A stretch of DNA of 64,000 nucleotides from an uncultured delta proteobacterium (GTDB lineage: Bacteria; Desulfobacterota; RBG-13-43-22): positions 160,001 through 224,000 of the forward strand of contig CAWJJC010000012.1 in the NCBI GenBank assembly GCA_963843145.1. Direction: 5' to 3'. Below, in pieces: positions 1 to 9,669 of the stretch (position 1 is its first letter; each line of letters begins with the position of its first letter). A model generated the notes under the pieces. It worked only from the letters and a program-made list of their open reading frames with translations, ran no database searches and was not told the DNA's origin. A program made the position numbers and the translations under genes.

Positions 1-1
1 C

Positions 2-1012
2 GACCGATATTCCCGGGATCTGAAGATTATTCTCACCGGCTCATCCAGTCTGGAACTGCTGGACAAAACGGCCGAGACCCTGGCCGGCCGCATTCAGTTT
101 TTGAGGATCTATCCGTTCACCTTGAGCGAAGCGGCCTTATACGAAGGCTTGGGCGAGGTCGATGGCCCGAGTTCCCTCTACGACCAGATTTTCTCCGGAA
201 CCGTCTCCCGGAAAAAAACCGGCCGGTTGATCGAGAACCGTACACCGAAAAGCGCCAAGAAGAAAAAGTTAATCGACCGTCTGCTGACCCGGAGCCTTTT
301 CCCGCCGACCTTTTCCCGGATAGAGGAGGCGGATATTCCCCGCTGGCTGAACGACTATATTGACACCTATGTGGAACGGGATATGCGCAGTCTGAAGGAC
401 ATTGGAAACATCGAGGGCTATCGCCGGGTAGTGGCCCAACTGGCCGCCCGGGTGGGGGTGCTCATGGATTTTCACGCCCTGGCGGCTGATTCCGGGGTAA
501 ACCAGATCACCGCAAAAAAATATGTGACGGTCTGGCAGGAAAGTCTGATCGGCTTTTTGTTGTCCCCGTTCTTCCTGAACCTGGCCACCCGCATTAAAAA
601 ATCCAAGAAAGTCTATTTCTTCGATAATGCCCTTTCCTGGGCCTTAGCAGGGTTTAAGGAGCGGCGGCTGCTGGATGCCGGCGGGGAAAGCGGTCATTAT
701 TTTGAAAACCTGATGATCAGCGATTTCCTCAAATGGGGAGCCAACCGGGAGAAGCCGGTCACTTTTACCTTCTGGGAGAAAAGTTCGGTCTGTGAAATAG
801 ACCTGGTGATCAGCACGCAGGGTCTGACCATTCCGGTGGAAATCAAGTATTCCCAGACCTGGGATAAGAAGTATCTCCATGCCATCCGGATGTTTAAGGA
901 AAACCACCGGGAGAAAAACCTGGAGATCCCTTTTTCGCTGGTGATTTATCGAGGCGATTTTGTGGCCCTCGATGAAAATATCTACGCCATTCCCGCCTGG
1001 GCCTTTGGCTAG
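2..1012 (+). CDS. AAA_14/DUF4143 ATP-binding protein (5'-truncated by window edge)
   Basis: Frame is open from base 2 (DRYSRDLKIILTGSSSL...ETLAGRI). It also has YIDTYVERD, KKSKKVYFFD and C-terminal EIDLV..PVEIK motifs typical of the family. Confidence 0.85.
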   Translation, partial: DRYSRDLKIILTGSSSLELLDKTAETLAGRIQFLRIYPFTLSEAALYEGLGEVDGPSSLYDQIFSGTVSRKKTGRLIENRTPKSAKKKKLIDRLLTRSLFPPTFSRIEEADIPRWLNDYIDTYVERDMRSLKDIGNIEGYRRVVAQLAARVGVLMDFHALAADSGVNQITAKKYVTVWQESLIGFLLSPFFLNLATRIKKSKKVYFFDNALSWALAGFKERRLLDAGGESGHYFENLMISDFLKWGANREKPVTFTFWEKSSVCEIDLVISTQGLTIPVEIKYSQTWDKKYLHAIRMFKENHREKNLEIPFSLVIYRGDFVALDENIYAIPAWAFG

Positions 1013-1226
1013 AAAGGCTTTCTACGCGAAGATTCTAAATTACGTAAGCATTTTGTCGGGCTTCTGAAAACCATTTTGTTACGTATTTACTAAAGATGAG
1101 GCAGTCCTTCCGCGGCAAATAAAAAGGGCCTTTTTGTCCGCCCCCCATCTTGACTCGCTCACATCCCGTCGGCAATGTGACCAGTTTCAGCAGTCTGTTA
1201 AGATGTCCGGTCCTTCCAAAAGTTTC

Positions 1227-1260
1227 CCTCCATATATGGAGGTTCCGCCACATATGGAGG
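1227..1260. promoter_or_regulatory. Tandem palindromic upstream activator sites (putative bEBP binding)
   Basis: Perfect 16-bp palindrome CCTCCATATATGGAGG (1227-1242) and near copy CCGCCACATATGGAGG (1245-1260), about 100-130 bp upstream of a sigma54 motif. Confidence 0.6.
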
Positions 1261-1357
1261 TCTGGCAGATTGCTTCAACCTCTTTTACTATTCTCTCCTA
1301 TTACCATAACCGTTCGATATCAGACCAGATTCAAAGTTCATTCTTTTCCCCCGGAAG

Positions 1358-1374
1358 TTGGCCAGCTAATTGCT
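1358..1374 (+). promoter_or_regulatory. sigma54 (-24/-12) promoter
   Basis: TTGGCCAGCTAATTGCT gives GG-N10-GC with TTGC at -12, about 45 bp upstream of the ATG at 1419. Confidence 0.7.
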
Positions 1375-1418
1375 ATGATATAATTAGTGTAAATTAAAAA
1401 AATAATAGGAGGTAGAAC

Positions 1419-1883
1419 ATGAAAAGTGGAATTTTAGTAGGGATCTTGGCTCTTGTACTTAGTATTAGCGTTTTAGCCTTTGCCCAGGGACCAGGGATGA
1501 TGGGTGGAGGTTACGGCGGTGGACCCGGCTATGGCGGAGGTTACGGAATGGGTCCAGGCATGATGGGTCCCGGCTATGGCGGAGGCTACGGCGGGGGACA
1601 AGGCTATGGTGGTGGTTACGGAATGGGTCCCGGCATGATGGGTCCTGGCTATGGCGGAGGTTACGGTGGGGGAGCAAGGCAAGGTTACGGCCTCAGCGAG
1701 GAATGCCAAAAATATTTTGACGAGTCCGCTGGAAAGAGAAAGGAATTGCATGTTAAACAGTTTGATTATTCTGAAGCCCTGCGAAATCCCAAGACAAAAC
1801 CAGAACATGTAACTAAGCTTGAAAAAGAGATTTGGGACCTGCAAAAGGAAATTTATACCAACACACCGCGAAATTGCCGTTAG
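1419..1883 (+). CDS. Gly/Met-rich periplasmic protein, ZraP/Spy/CpxP-like
   Basis: Signal peptide ending AFA, GYGMGPGMMG repeats, helical C-domain (RKELHVKQFDY..LRNP..LEKEI), RBS AGGAGG. Confidence 0.75.
   Translation: MKSGILVGILALVLSISVLAFAQGPGMMGGGYGGGPGYGGGYGMGPGMMGPGYGGGYGGGQGYGGGYGMGPGMMGPGYGGGYGGGARQGYGLSEECQKYFDESAGKRKELHVKQFDYSEALRNPKTKPEHVTKLEKEIWDLQKEIYTNTPRNCR
1527..1690 (+). repeat. Intragenic 75-nt (25-aa) tandem duplication
   Basis: GYGMGPGMMGPGYGGGYGGG is encoded at 1539 and again at 1614 with synonymous differences. Confidence 0.85.
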
Positions 1884-1912
1884 CTACGGCTGAAAATTAA
1901 AAATATGATGAA

Positions 1913-1948
1913 AGGCAGCCGGTTGAGAAGCCGGCTGTTTCTTTTTCT
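1913..1948 (+). terminator. Rho-independent terminator
   Basis: AGGCAGCCGGTT-GAGA-AGCCGGCTGTTT followed by CTTTTTCT. Confidence 0.7.
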
Positions 1949-2151
1949 AAAAGAGGAAGTCCTAAATATTTTTTGAAAAGTATCAAGCCAGTTCGCCGTA
2001 GCAGTCGAGAGAGTAGAAATCAAATTTATCGACGATTACGGTTTAAACTCTTGTCATTTTTCAACAATGGGAATTTGCGGACTACAGGAAGCAGTCTCTT
2101 CCGGAAGAATAAATCTCCTTCCCTTCCAGTGCGCATAGATAGGAATAACAG

Positions 2152-3441
2152 TTAAGGCCGCTCCAGTTTTCCTCCTACCATCCGCTGGGTGATCTCCCAG
2201 ATAACCTGTATTCCGGTTACCAAATCGCTGATCCGGATCCGTTCGTCTACACCGTGGATCCGCCCGGTATCTTCGGCCTCCAGCATGGCCGGGATCCAGC
2301 CATAACAAACCATCCCCAGGTCCCGAAAACAGCGCGAGTCGGTGAAGCCGGGGAAAATGCCGGGCAGAAAAAGGGCCTTGGGAAAAAATCGTTTAGCGGT
2401 ATCCTCCAGACACAGGAAAAATTCGTTTTCAACCGGGGAAAGTGAGGCCGGAAAGGACTGAATGGCCTGCAGGGAAAAGGGGCCGGGAGGAAGGGTTTCT
2501 TTGATTTCAGCCTTCACCGCCTCCAGGGACCGTCCGGGGAGGACCCGCACATCCAGGGTAGCCTCGGCCCGGGTAGGGATCACGTTGGGCTTAAAACCGG
2601 CCTGGAGCATGGTAATGCTCAGGGTGTCCTGGAACATGGCTCGCAGGTGCGGGATCTGAAGGAGGGGATGGCCGGCCAAGGCCTCCGGGGTCAATTCCGC
2701 CAGTCCCAGATTATTCAACAGGGTCTGCATCTCGGGGAGGACCCGCAAAGGGCGTCGGAGGGCTTTCAGAGCCGACAAGCCTTCCAGCAGGGTATCGCAG
2801 GGATTTTGTCCGTGAGGTACGGAACCATGGCCCGCTTTCCCTTCGGCGGCCAGCCGAAGCCACAGGGGCCCCTTCTCGCCGAAGCCCAGGATGACCGCCT
2901 CCCAGTCTCCCATTCTCCAGCCGGAACCCCCTTCGTTCAACAACCAGGCGGCTTCCAGTTCCGGGGCATGATGCTTCGTCAGATATTCCGCCCCGTTATG
3001 GCTCCCGGTCTCTTCATCGCAGCAGACGACCAGCACCAGGTCTTTGCGCAGGGGTAGTTTCTCCCGTTTGGCCAGGACGAAGGCCATCAGTTCCATGATC
3101 CCCATGCCTTTCATGTCCAAGGCGCCCCGGCCGTACAGATATCCGTCCTTGACAATCCCGCCAAAGGGCGGGATCGTCCATTCCTGGGGATCGGCGCCCA
3201 CCACGTCACAGTGGTGCAGGAGCATCAACCCCCGGGGATCTCGGGCGGAGGTCTGCCGGCAGATCAGGTTGGGCCGCTCCGGATGCTTCCCGAGCACCTT
3301 CGCTTCCAGTCCCGCATCCTTCAGGAAAAGTTTAAGAAACTCGATGGCTTTCCGTTCATTTCCCGGCGGGTTGCTGGTATCAAGGCGCAAGTACTCTGAA
3401 AGAAGGTCAACCGCTTCCCGTTCAATGGCTTTCCAATCCAT
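2152..3441 (-). CDS. M20/M25/M40 family metallopeptidase/deacylase
   Basis: HHCDVV, GRGALDMKG, DEETG, NEGG, GHGS, GFTDSR and HGVDERI motifs. Confidence 0.9.
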   Translation of the reverse strand: MDWKAIEREAVDLLSEYLRLDTSNPPGNERKAIEFLKLFLKDAGLEAKVLGKHPERPNLICRQTSARDPRGLMLLHHCDVVGADPQEWTIPPFGGIVKDGYLYGRGALDMKGMGIMELMAFVLAKREKLPLRKDLVLVVCCDEETGSHNGAEYLTKHHAPELEAAWLLNEGGSGWRMGDWEAVILGFGEKGPLWLRLAAEGKAGHGSVPHGQNPCDTLLEGLSALKALRRPLRVLPEMQTLLNNLGLAELTPEALAGHPLLQIPHLRAMFQDTLSITMLQAGFKPNVIPTRAEATLDVRVLPGRSLEAVKAEIKETLPPGPFSLQAIQSFPASLSPVENEFFLCLEDTAKRFFPKALFLPGIFPGFTDSRCFRDLGMVCYGWIPAMLEAEDTGRIHGVDERIRISDLVTGIQVIWEITQRMVGGKLERP

Positions 3442-3443
3442 AG

Positions 3444-3788
3444 TTATCCTTCCCGCACGAAATGGGGCATCTGCGCCGGAATTTCCAGGGATAGTTCAAT
3501 AAAACCGGCGTAGCGGCCGTCTTGATACCAGGGAGATTGACAGATCAACCGATGCCGGCCTTTTTTTTCAATAGTATAGACATTGGACCGGTGATCCTCC
3601 AGCATGCGGGCTAATTTGGTTTTGGCCGGCTCCGGATGGCAATCCAGGACATTGGTTCCAACCAACCGGCGTCCACCCTGGGCGCTAAAAACCGTTGCCG
3701 CTTGATCGTTCATAAAGAGGATGGCCCCGGCGGCATCGCAAACCAGGAGGGACCCCGGAAATTCCTTAACCCAATCCAGCGATTCCAT
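3444..3788 (-). CDS. PAS-domain protein
   Basis: Start at MESLDWVKEF (ATG 3788). ILFMN..A..F...G..LVGTNVLDCHP is a PAS signature. Confidence 0.75.
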   Translation of the reverse strand: MESLDWVKEFPGSLLVCDAAGAILFMNDQAATVFSAQGGRRLVGTNVLDCHPEPAKTKLARMLEDHRSNVYTIEKKGRHRLICQSPWYQDGRYAGFIELSLEIPAQMPHFVREG

Positions 3789-3795
3789 GCCGGCC

Positions 3796-4650
3796 CTACA
3801 TCTTCTTGAGTACTTGATAGATGGCTGAAAAATCCAGCGCATCCTGGTTCTGGGGAAAAGTCAGGCCGAACAGTTCCTTGGTCACCCCGGTAAGAAAGGC
3901 CGATTTTTTAACGCTCCGGGCCAGGTCCTGGAGATAATGAAGGTCCTTGTAGATCAGGGCGGAGGAAAAGTGGGCTGAAAAATCTTCGGTCAGCAGTTTT
4001 TCGCGCTTGGCGTTTAAGACCATGGATTGGCCGGCCCCTTCGTTTAGTATTTCCAGGACTTTTTTCTTGCTTAACCCGGAGGCTTCGCCCAGCACCAGGG
4101 CTTCAGCGATGGCCGCCATAAAAGCTCCCAACGCTAAGTTATTGATTAGTTTCATTTTGGTGGCCGACCCGGGTTCCTCCAGGTAGAATATCTTCCGGCT
4201 TATTTTTTCGAGGATGAATCGGGTGTCTTCGTAGGCTTTCTGGTCGCCGCAGACCAGAGAGACCAAGGACCCCTGAGAAGCAGGGACGACACTTCCCAGG
4301 ACCGGTGCTTCCAGATAATGCCCCCCTTGGCTTTTCAGGATGTCGTGAAACAAAAGGACCTCTTCGAAGTGATTGGTGGAAGTGTCAATGATGGTCTTGC
4401 CGGGTAGTCCTCCCTGAATGAGGCCGTCCTTCTTGAAAAAGACCGATTTGACCGCTCGGCTGTCAAATAGATTGATTATCAGCGTGTCGACCTTTTGGAC
4501 CAACTGGGCCGGAGATTCGGCAACCGGCACTCCCAGATCGGTTGCCTTTCCAACGGTTCGATTCCAGACCACCAATTCCAGCCCTTCGGAGATCAACCGC
4601 CTGGCCATCGCCTTTCCCAAATGGCCTAAACCGATGAAGCCTATTTTCAT
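3796..4650 (-). CDS. NAD(P)-dependent oxidoreductase, 3-hydroxyisobutyrate dehydrogenase family
   Basis: IGFIGLGHLG, WNRT, EAPVLGS and catalytic KLINN motifs. Confidence 0.9.
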   Translation of the reverse strand: MKIGFIGLGHLGKAMARRLISEGLELVVWNRTVGKATDLGVPVAESPAQLVQKVDTLIINLFDSRAVKSVFFKKDGLIQGGLPGKTIIDTSTNHFEEVLLFHDILKSQGGHYLEAPVLGSVVPASQGSLVSLVCGDQKAYEDTRFILEKISRKIFYLEEPGSATKMKLINNLALGAFMAAIAEALVLGEASGLSKKKVLEILNEGAGQSMVLNAKREKLLTEDFSAHFSSALIYKDLHYLQDLARSVKKSAFLTGVTKELFGLTFPQNQDALDFSAIYQVLKKM

Positions 4651-4888
4651 GTTTCTTCTCCTATTGATGATTGATGAATTTGGTCAAAACACGAAAATTC
4701 ATTCTCTCACAAACATCGAAAAGGATCAATTGGAACCTCCAATTTATAATTCAGAAAAAAAGTTTGAATAGATCGACATCTCGGAGAAAAATCGAAGGAC
4801 TTGGTTGACACTCTGGAAATACGATATATTATAAAAAAGATGATCTAAAGAAACACAGCCAAAGTTGAAACAAAAAGAGGTGGAATCA

Positions 4889-5080
4889 ATGAAAAACAAA
4901 ATCTGGATGACTGTTTTAGCCTTATCCTGTTTAATGGTTGTTCTGCTGAGCAGTGGGTGTGTGGGTCCACAGTTCGGCCAAAGAACTGAACGAGAAGAAC
5001 GACCAGTGATTGGAGTTTCTACCGAATTGCCGGCTGTTATCTACCAAAATGGCTCGGCCCGTCCCGCTTCAAATCCTTAA
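4889..5080 (+). CDS. Small putative lipoprotein
   Basis: RBS GAGGTG before ATG 4889, hydrophobic leader with lipobox LSSG-C, and TTGACA-N16-TATTAT at 4805-4832 upstream. Confidence 0.55.
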   Translation: MKNKIWMTVLALSCLMVVLLSSGCVGPQFGQRTEREERPVIGVSTELPAVIYQNGSARPASNP

Positions 5081-5118
5081 GAAGGAAGTGTTTTGAAATA
5101 ATTAAAGGAGGCGACCCA

Positions 5119-5781
5119 TTGGAATTTAGTGAAGCCGTCCGCAGACGGCGAAGCGTCCGTTTGTTTCTTCCTGACCCTGTTCCCCGTGATACCATCACGC
5201 GCATCGTCGATCTGGCGCGGTGGGCTCCTTCGTGGGGAAATACCCAACCCTGGGAGATCGTGGTTGCCGACGGGGACCAGGCCAGACATCTGGCCGAGGC
5301 CTTCGAGGCGGAAGGGAAGAAAGGCACCCCACCCCGTCCTGACCTGGCGATTCCCTTGGACTTCCCGGAAGTTAACAAGAAGCGTTATATGGGGCTGGGA
5401 AAAGAACTGCTGACTTTCATGGGCATCGCCCGCGATGACCAACAGGCGCGAGTGCGACACTACCTGAACATGTACCGATTCTTCGGGGCGCCGGCGGTAA
5501 TTTACCTCCTTATCGATGGGGCACTCAATGAGCCTTACGCTTGCCTCGATATCGGGTCCATCGGAACGAGCATTTGCTTCGCCGCCGTGCAGGAGGGTTT
5601 AGGGACCATTTATCTCGCGGCGTCCATGCATTATCCGGACATCGTCAAAAGGGTGCTGGGCATACCGGCTGACAAGAAGATCGTAATCGGAATCGCGCTG
5701 GGAACTCCGCACCCGACCGCGCCGGCCAGCCTGTTTCGGAGCAGCCGCGTCCCGGTTGAGGAGATTCTTCGATTCGCTTGA
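5119..5781 (+). CDS. Nitroreductase family protein
   Basis: RRRSVRLF, APSWGNTQPW and EGLGT motifs; RBS AAGGAGG with TTG start. Confidence 0.9.
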   Translation: MEFSEAVRRRRSVRLFLPDPVPRDTITRIVDLARWAPSWGNTQPWEIVVADGDQARHLAEAFEAEGKKGTPPRPDLAIPLDFPEVNKKRYMGLGKELLTFMGIARDDQQARVRHYLNMYRFFGAPAVIYLLIDGALNEPYACLDIGSIGTSICFAAVQEGLGTIYLAASMHYPDIVKRVLGIPADKKIVIGIALGTPHPTAPASLFRSSRVPVEEILRFA

Positions 5782-5798
5782 GGGGCAGAAATCTTTGG

Positions 5799-6992
5799 CT
5801 AGTGTTTGCTCATCATCTGAGTCACGGCCTTTTCCAGGCCGTCGAGGGTCAGTTCAAACATGGGGAAGATTTCCCGGATCTGCAGGATGGTGTGGGTGTA
5901 GGGCCAGCGTTCGGCCATGACCGGGTTGATCCAGACCGATCGCGGAAAGGTCTGGGCGATAAACTTCAGCCGTTCGAAGCTCGGCTTCCCTGACCGGTCC
6001 CCCACATAAATCGACCCGTCCATGCCCAGTAACTCGTAGGGGGCCATGCTGGCGTCTCCGAGGATGACGAAGCGGGTTTCCGGGTCTAGGCGGACCAACT
6101 GTTCCACCGGGAAAGGTTTGGTCCGGCGGGATGGATCTTCCCACAAGTAATCATAGATGGTGTTGTGGAAGAAAAAGGTCTTCAGGTCTTTAAACTGGGC
6201 CCGAGCGTAATTAAACAAGGTCTGACAAAGTTCGATATAGGGGTCCATGGACCAGCCGCCGTTGTCCACCGCCAGGATAACCTTTAAGCGGTCTTTTAAA
6301 CTACGGTCGAAGATGATTTCTATTTCTCCGGCGTTTTTCATGGTCTGGTAGATGGTCTTGTCCACATTGACCCGGTCCTTGGGGCCGGTAGGGATCAAGT
6401 TCCGCAACCGCTTCAAGGCCTCGCCGATCTGGGCCTGGGTCAAGGGCCCTTCCTGAGAGTAATCTCGATAGCGCCGCTCCATGGCTACCTTGACGGCCGA
6501 CTTGTTGCGCGACAGGCCTCCCACCCGCATCCCGCCGGGGTGGAATCCCGAATGCCCCACCGGCGAGGTTCCCCCCGTGCCGATCCACTTGCCGCCGCCG
6601 TGATGGGCCTCGGTCTGTTCCTTTAAACGGTCCATAAAATATTTCAGCAGTTCCTCGGGAGTCAATTTTTTGAGTTGATCTTCGTCGATTCCTAAAAAGT
6701 CGGCCAGGGTCTGGGGATCTTTCAACCAGTCTTCCAGCAGGGCGCGGGCCACTTCCGAAAGCTCGAAATCTTCGGGGGAGGTAAATTCCAGGCCCCTGAA
6801 ATGGTGGGCAAAGGCCCGGTCGTAGAGATCGAAATACCTTTCGCTCTTGATCAACAGCGTCCGAGCCCCAATGTAAAAATCATCCAGGGAGTTGATCAGT
6901 CCCTGACTTAAGGCCCGCTGTAACTTCAGAAAGGCCGTGGGACTTACCGGGATCCCGGCCTCCTTCAAAAAATAAAAAAATTGTACGAACAT
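5799..6992 (-). CDS. VWA/CoxE-like protein
   Basis: Likely start MFVQFFYFLK. It has KWIGTGGTSP, DNGGWSMDPY (MIDAS-like), FFHNTIYD and GDASMAPYE, and lies downstream of a MoxR ATPase. Confidence 0.85.
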   Translation of the reverse strand: MFVQFFYFLKEAGIPVSPTAFLKLQRALSQGLINSLDDFYIGARTLLIKSERYFDLYDRAFAHHFRGLEFTSPEDFELSEVARALLEDWLKDPQTLADFLGIDEDQLKKLTPEELLKYFMDRLKEQTEAHHGGGKWIGTGGTSPVGHSGFHPGGMRVGGLSRNKSAVKVAMERRYRDYSQEGPLTQAQIGEALKRLRNLIPTGPKDRVNVDKTIYQTMKNAGEIEIIFDRSLKDRLKVILAVDNGGWSMDPYIELCQTLFNYARAQFKDLKTFFFHNTIYDYLWEDPSRRTKPFPVEQLVRLDPETRFVILGDASMAPYELLGMDGSIYVGDRSGKPSFERLKFIAQTFPRSVWINPVMAERWPYTHTILQIREIFPMFELTLDGLEKAVTQMMSKH

Positions 6993-7032
6993 GGCGCCCC
7001 TTACTTGATGAACTCGCAAAAAGACGAATTAG

Positions 7033-7884
7033 CTATATCTTGAAACGAGTCACCCCTTTTTGGGCGACCGCGTAGTCGGGGCTTTTCTTGAACAATACCC
7101 CCAGATAGGGTACCTCACCCTTAACCAGGTCCTTGGGACGAAAATCAGGGTCGGAGCGCAGTGCCCGAATCCAGTTGATCAGTTCCCGGGTAGCCGGTTT
7201 TTTTTCAATGCCCCGGATTTCGCGCAGCCGGTAGAAGGCCTGCACGGTGCTGTCCAGCAGGTCCCGGCTGATTTCCGGGAAATGAACCTGGATGATTCGG
7301 CGCATCATGTCCGGATCCGGAAAGGCGATGTGGTGGAAGTTGCAGCGGCCTAGGAAGGGGTCGGACAGGTCTTTCTTGGCATTGGAGGTAATGACGATCA
7401 CCGGGCGATGTTTGGCCTTGACCGTTTTGTCGATTTCAATGATGTCGAACTCCATCTGGTCCAGCACATCGAGCATATCGTCCTGGAAGTCCGTATCGGC
7501 CTTGTCGATTTCATCGATCAGCAGGACCACTTTTTTATCGGTCACAAAGGACTGCCCAATTTTCCCCATTTTGATATATTCTTCGATATTGCTCACCTCC
7601 CGATTGGAGTCGCCGAAACGGCTGTCGTTCAACCGGGTCAGGGTGTCGTATTGATAAAGCGCATCAATCAACTTCATGCTCGATTTAACGTTGAGCACGA
7701 TCAGGCGCATCTTTAAGGCCTCGGAAATGGCGTAGGCCAGCATGGTTTTGCCGGTCCCCGGCTCACCCTTCAATAACAATGGCATCTCCAAGGACATGGA
7801 GATGTTGATGATCTTGGCCAATTCCTCGTCCAGGACATATTTGGACGCCCCGGAAAATTTTTGCGGTTCGGTTCCACTTGCCAT
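7033..7884 (-). CDS. MoxR family AAA+ ATPase
   Basis: Walker A GEPGTGKT, Walker B LLIDEIDKAD, ITSN. Confidence 0.9.
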   Translation of the reverse strand: MASGTEPQKFSGASKYVLDEELAKIINISMSLEMPLLLKGEPGTGKTMLAYAISEALKMRLIVLNVKSSMKLIDALYQYDTLTRLNDSRFGDSNREVSNIEEYIKMGKIGQSFVTDKKVVLLIDEIDKADTDFQDDMLDVLDQMEFDIIEIDKTVKAKHRPVIVITSNAKKDLSDPFLGRCNFHHIAFPDPDMMRRIIQVHFPEISRDLLDSTVQAFYRLREIRGIEKKPATRELINWIRALRSDPDFRPKDLVKGEVPYLGVLFKKSPDYAVAQKGVTRFKI

Positions 7885-7917
7885 GCTGTGACTCCTTCAT
7901 TTAATTTAACTGCTTAT

Positions 7918-7946
7918 AATATAAGAAAATTTAGGTTTCTGGTCAA
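7918..7946 (-). promoter_or_regulatory. sigma70-type promoter for moxR-vwa
   Basis: Minus strand TTGACC-N17-TATATT. Confidence 0.55.
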
Positions 7947-7972
7947 GGGTTTTATGAGAAAACGCGGTCTAT

Positions 7973-8188
7973 TCAATGTTTTCGGCGAGTATAAATTACC
8001 TGATACCGGTCGCAGGAGGCCATCAGGCAACTGGTGCATTCTCCGGCCAACTCCAGGGGGTCCAAAGGCTCCAGATGGACCTCGAAACCCATTGCCCGGT
8101 ATTCTTCCACCGCTTCACTCAATCGAGGTTCATCGGCGGTAAACTGTTTAGCCCAGCCCTCGCTTTCCAATTCCTCTTGACGTTTCAT
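7973..8188 (-). CDS. Small hypothetical protein with CxxC
   Basis: RBS GGAGG before ATG 8188; EGW.KQF.ADEPRLSEAVE.Y..GFEVHLEP..CTSC..IYTR. Confidence 0.7.
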   Translation of the reverse strand: MKRQEELESEGWAKQFTADEPRLSEAVEEYRAMGFEVHLEPLDPLELAGECTSCLMASCDRYQVIYTRRKH

Positions 8189-8410
8189 GAGAACCTCCAA
8201 AATGCGCCGACCGCCAAGCGCTGAGCGCGAAGCGCCAAAGGCGACCAGGGGAACAAAATATCCATTGCCCCCCCCACTTATCTTTTATAAGACGCTCCGC
8301 GCCCGGCGAGAAAAGAGGCCGTCCGATGCATCCAGACCGTCGGTATTTTTCATTTTACCACATTTCTACAAAGAGCGCTGGAGAAGTCTGCTTTCTCGCT
8401 TGGGGGCCTT

Positions 8411-8701
8411 TTACCAGGAATGCGCGATGGCTCCCAGCGTACAAGCAGCGATGCAGGGAAGTGGCGGCCGATCGACCACCGGCTTACAGGGGCCGCAGGC
8501 GTATTTGATTTTTCTGCGTTCCGAATCGCGAATTACCGCTACCGGGGTTTCACGAAAAGGATCGTTGGGGTCATCCTCCCGGACCTCAAAGGCCCTTGCC
8601 GGACAGGCCGAAACGCAGTCGCCGCAGCCGTTGCATTTATCGGTATCCAGACTGATAAAAAATTCGCCTGCCCCGTCTTGAAATCCGTAATTGGCAATCA
8701 T
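8411..8701 (-). CDS. 4Fe-4S ferredoxin associated with bzd-type benzoyl-CoA reductase genes
   Basis: CNGCGDCVSACP plus CGPC..PCIAAC; directly follows the bzdQ-like gene. Confidence 0.85.
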   Translation of the reverse strand: MIANYGFQDGAGEFFISLDTDKCNGCGDCVSACPARAFEVREDDPNDPFRETPVAVIRDSERRKIKYACGPCKPVVDRPPLPCIAACTLGAIAHSW

Positions 8702-8787
8702 AAGAATATGTTGGTTATCGATATTCGGAAACGGTTGACCTCCGGTAGAACCGCACCAGAGGCTTTGGCCCTGCGCCTTGGCCTTTT

Positions 8788-9648
8788 TTATTTTTTCCTT
8801 TCCGCCAGGGCCTTGGCAAACAGGGCGGCGCCGAGGGCCCCGGCGATCTGGGTATCGTACCTGGGCGTGAGGGCCTTGAGGCCCAATTCCTTTTCCAGCC
8901 GGGAAACCACTCCGCTATTTTTGGCAATACCGCCGGTGATGGCGAAGTCCGGCTCCAGGCCGATCCGTTTCAGCAGGGTAGCCACCCGGTGGGCCATGGC
9001 GGAGGTGTAGGCGGCGATGACTCTTTCCTTGGGCCACCCCTTCCGCAGAAGACCCGAAGCCTCGGACTTGGCGAAGACCACGCAGGTACTGCTCACCGGG
9101 GGCGGCTCTTCCTTCACCTGCAACGACAGTTCGCCTATCTCATTAATGGAGACCCCCAGCAGGTCGGCAAACACCTCCAGGCCCCGGCCGGTCCCGGCGG
9201 CGCATTTATCGTTCATTAGAAAATTGGTCACCTTGCCCTGTTCGTCGATATGGATGGCCTTGCAGTCCTGGCCGCCCATGTCCAGCACGGTGCGGACCGT
9301 GGGGCCGTACATAAAATTGGCGCCCCGTCCATGGCAGGCGATTTCCGTGACGGCCCGTTGAGAAAAAGGCACATTGACCCGGCCGTAGCCGGTTCCCACG
9401 ATATAGTGAATTTTATCCAAAGTCAGACCGGTCTTCTCCAACGCCCAGTTCATGGCATTAGCGGCGCTGTTAGGGCTGTCGGACCCGGTGCGCATGTTGG
9501 CATAGCAGTAGATTTCGCCGTCGGTCATCACTACCGCCTGGGAGCTTACTGAACCCACATCCACGCCGGCGGTAATGAGCGTAGCTTTCCTCCAATCTTT
9601 CTCCGGCGCGGTCCAGCGGGATTCGGTCCATCTCCAAAATTCGGCCAT
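8788..9648 (-). CDS. bzdQ: Benzoyl-CoA reductase bzd-type subunit Q (ASKHA ATPase/activase)
   Basis: N-terminal EFWRW.E..W...DWR, GVDVGSVSSQ, TGYGR, DMGGQDCK, NDKCAAGTG and STCVVFAKSE. Confidence 0.8.
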   Translation of the reverse strand: MAEFWRWTESRWTAPEKDWRKATLITAGVDVGSVSSQAVVMTDGEIYCYANMRTGSDSPNSAANAMNWALEKTGLTLDKIHYIVGTGYGRVNVPFSQRAVTEIACHGRGANFMYGPTVRTVLDMGGQDCKAIHIDEQGKVTNFLMNDKCAAGTGRGLEVFADLLGVSINEIGELSLQVKEEPPPVSSTCVVFAKSEASGLLRKGWPKERVIAAYTSAMAHRVATLLKRIGLEPDFAITGGIAKNSGVVSRLEKELGLKALTPRYDTQIAGALGAALFAKALAERKK

Positions 9649-9669
9649 AGTTATTTCTTCCCTGTTAAT

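Noticed and set aside
1261-1278. Second sigma54 motif TGGCAGATTGC
   Set aside because: The GG to GC spacing is not 10 nt.
1490-1690. Repeat array as CRISPR or non-coding repeat
   Set aside because: In-frame coding repeats with synonymous variation and no unique spacers.
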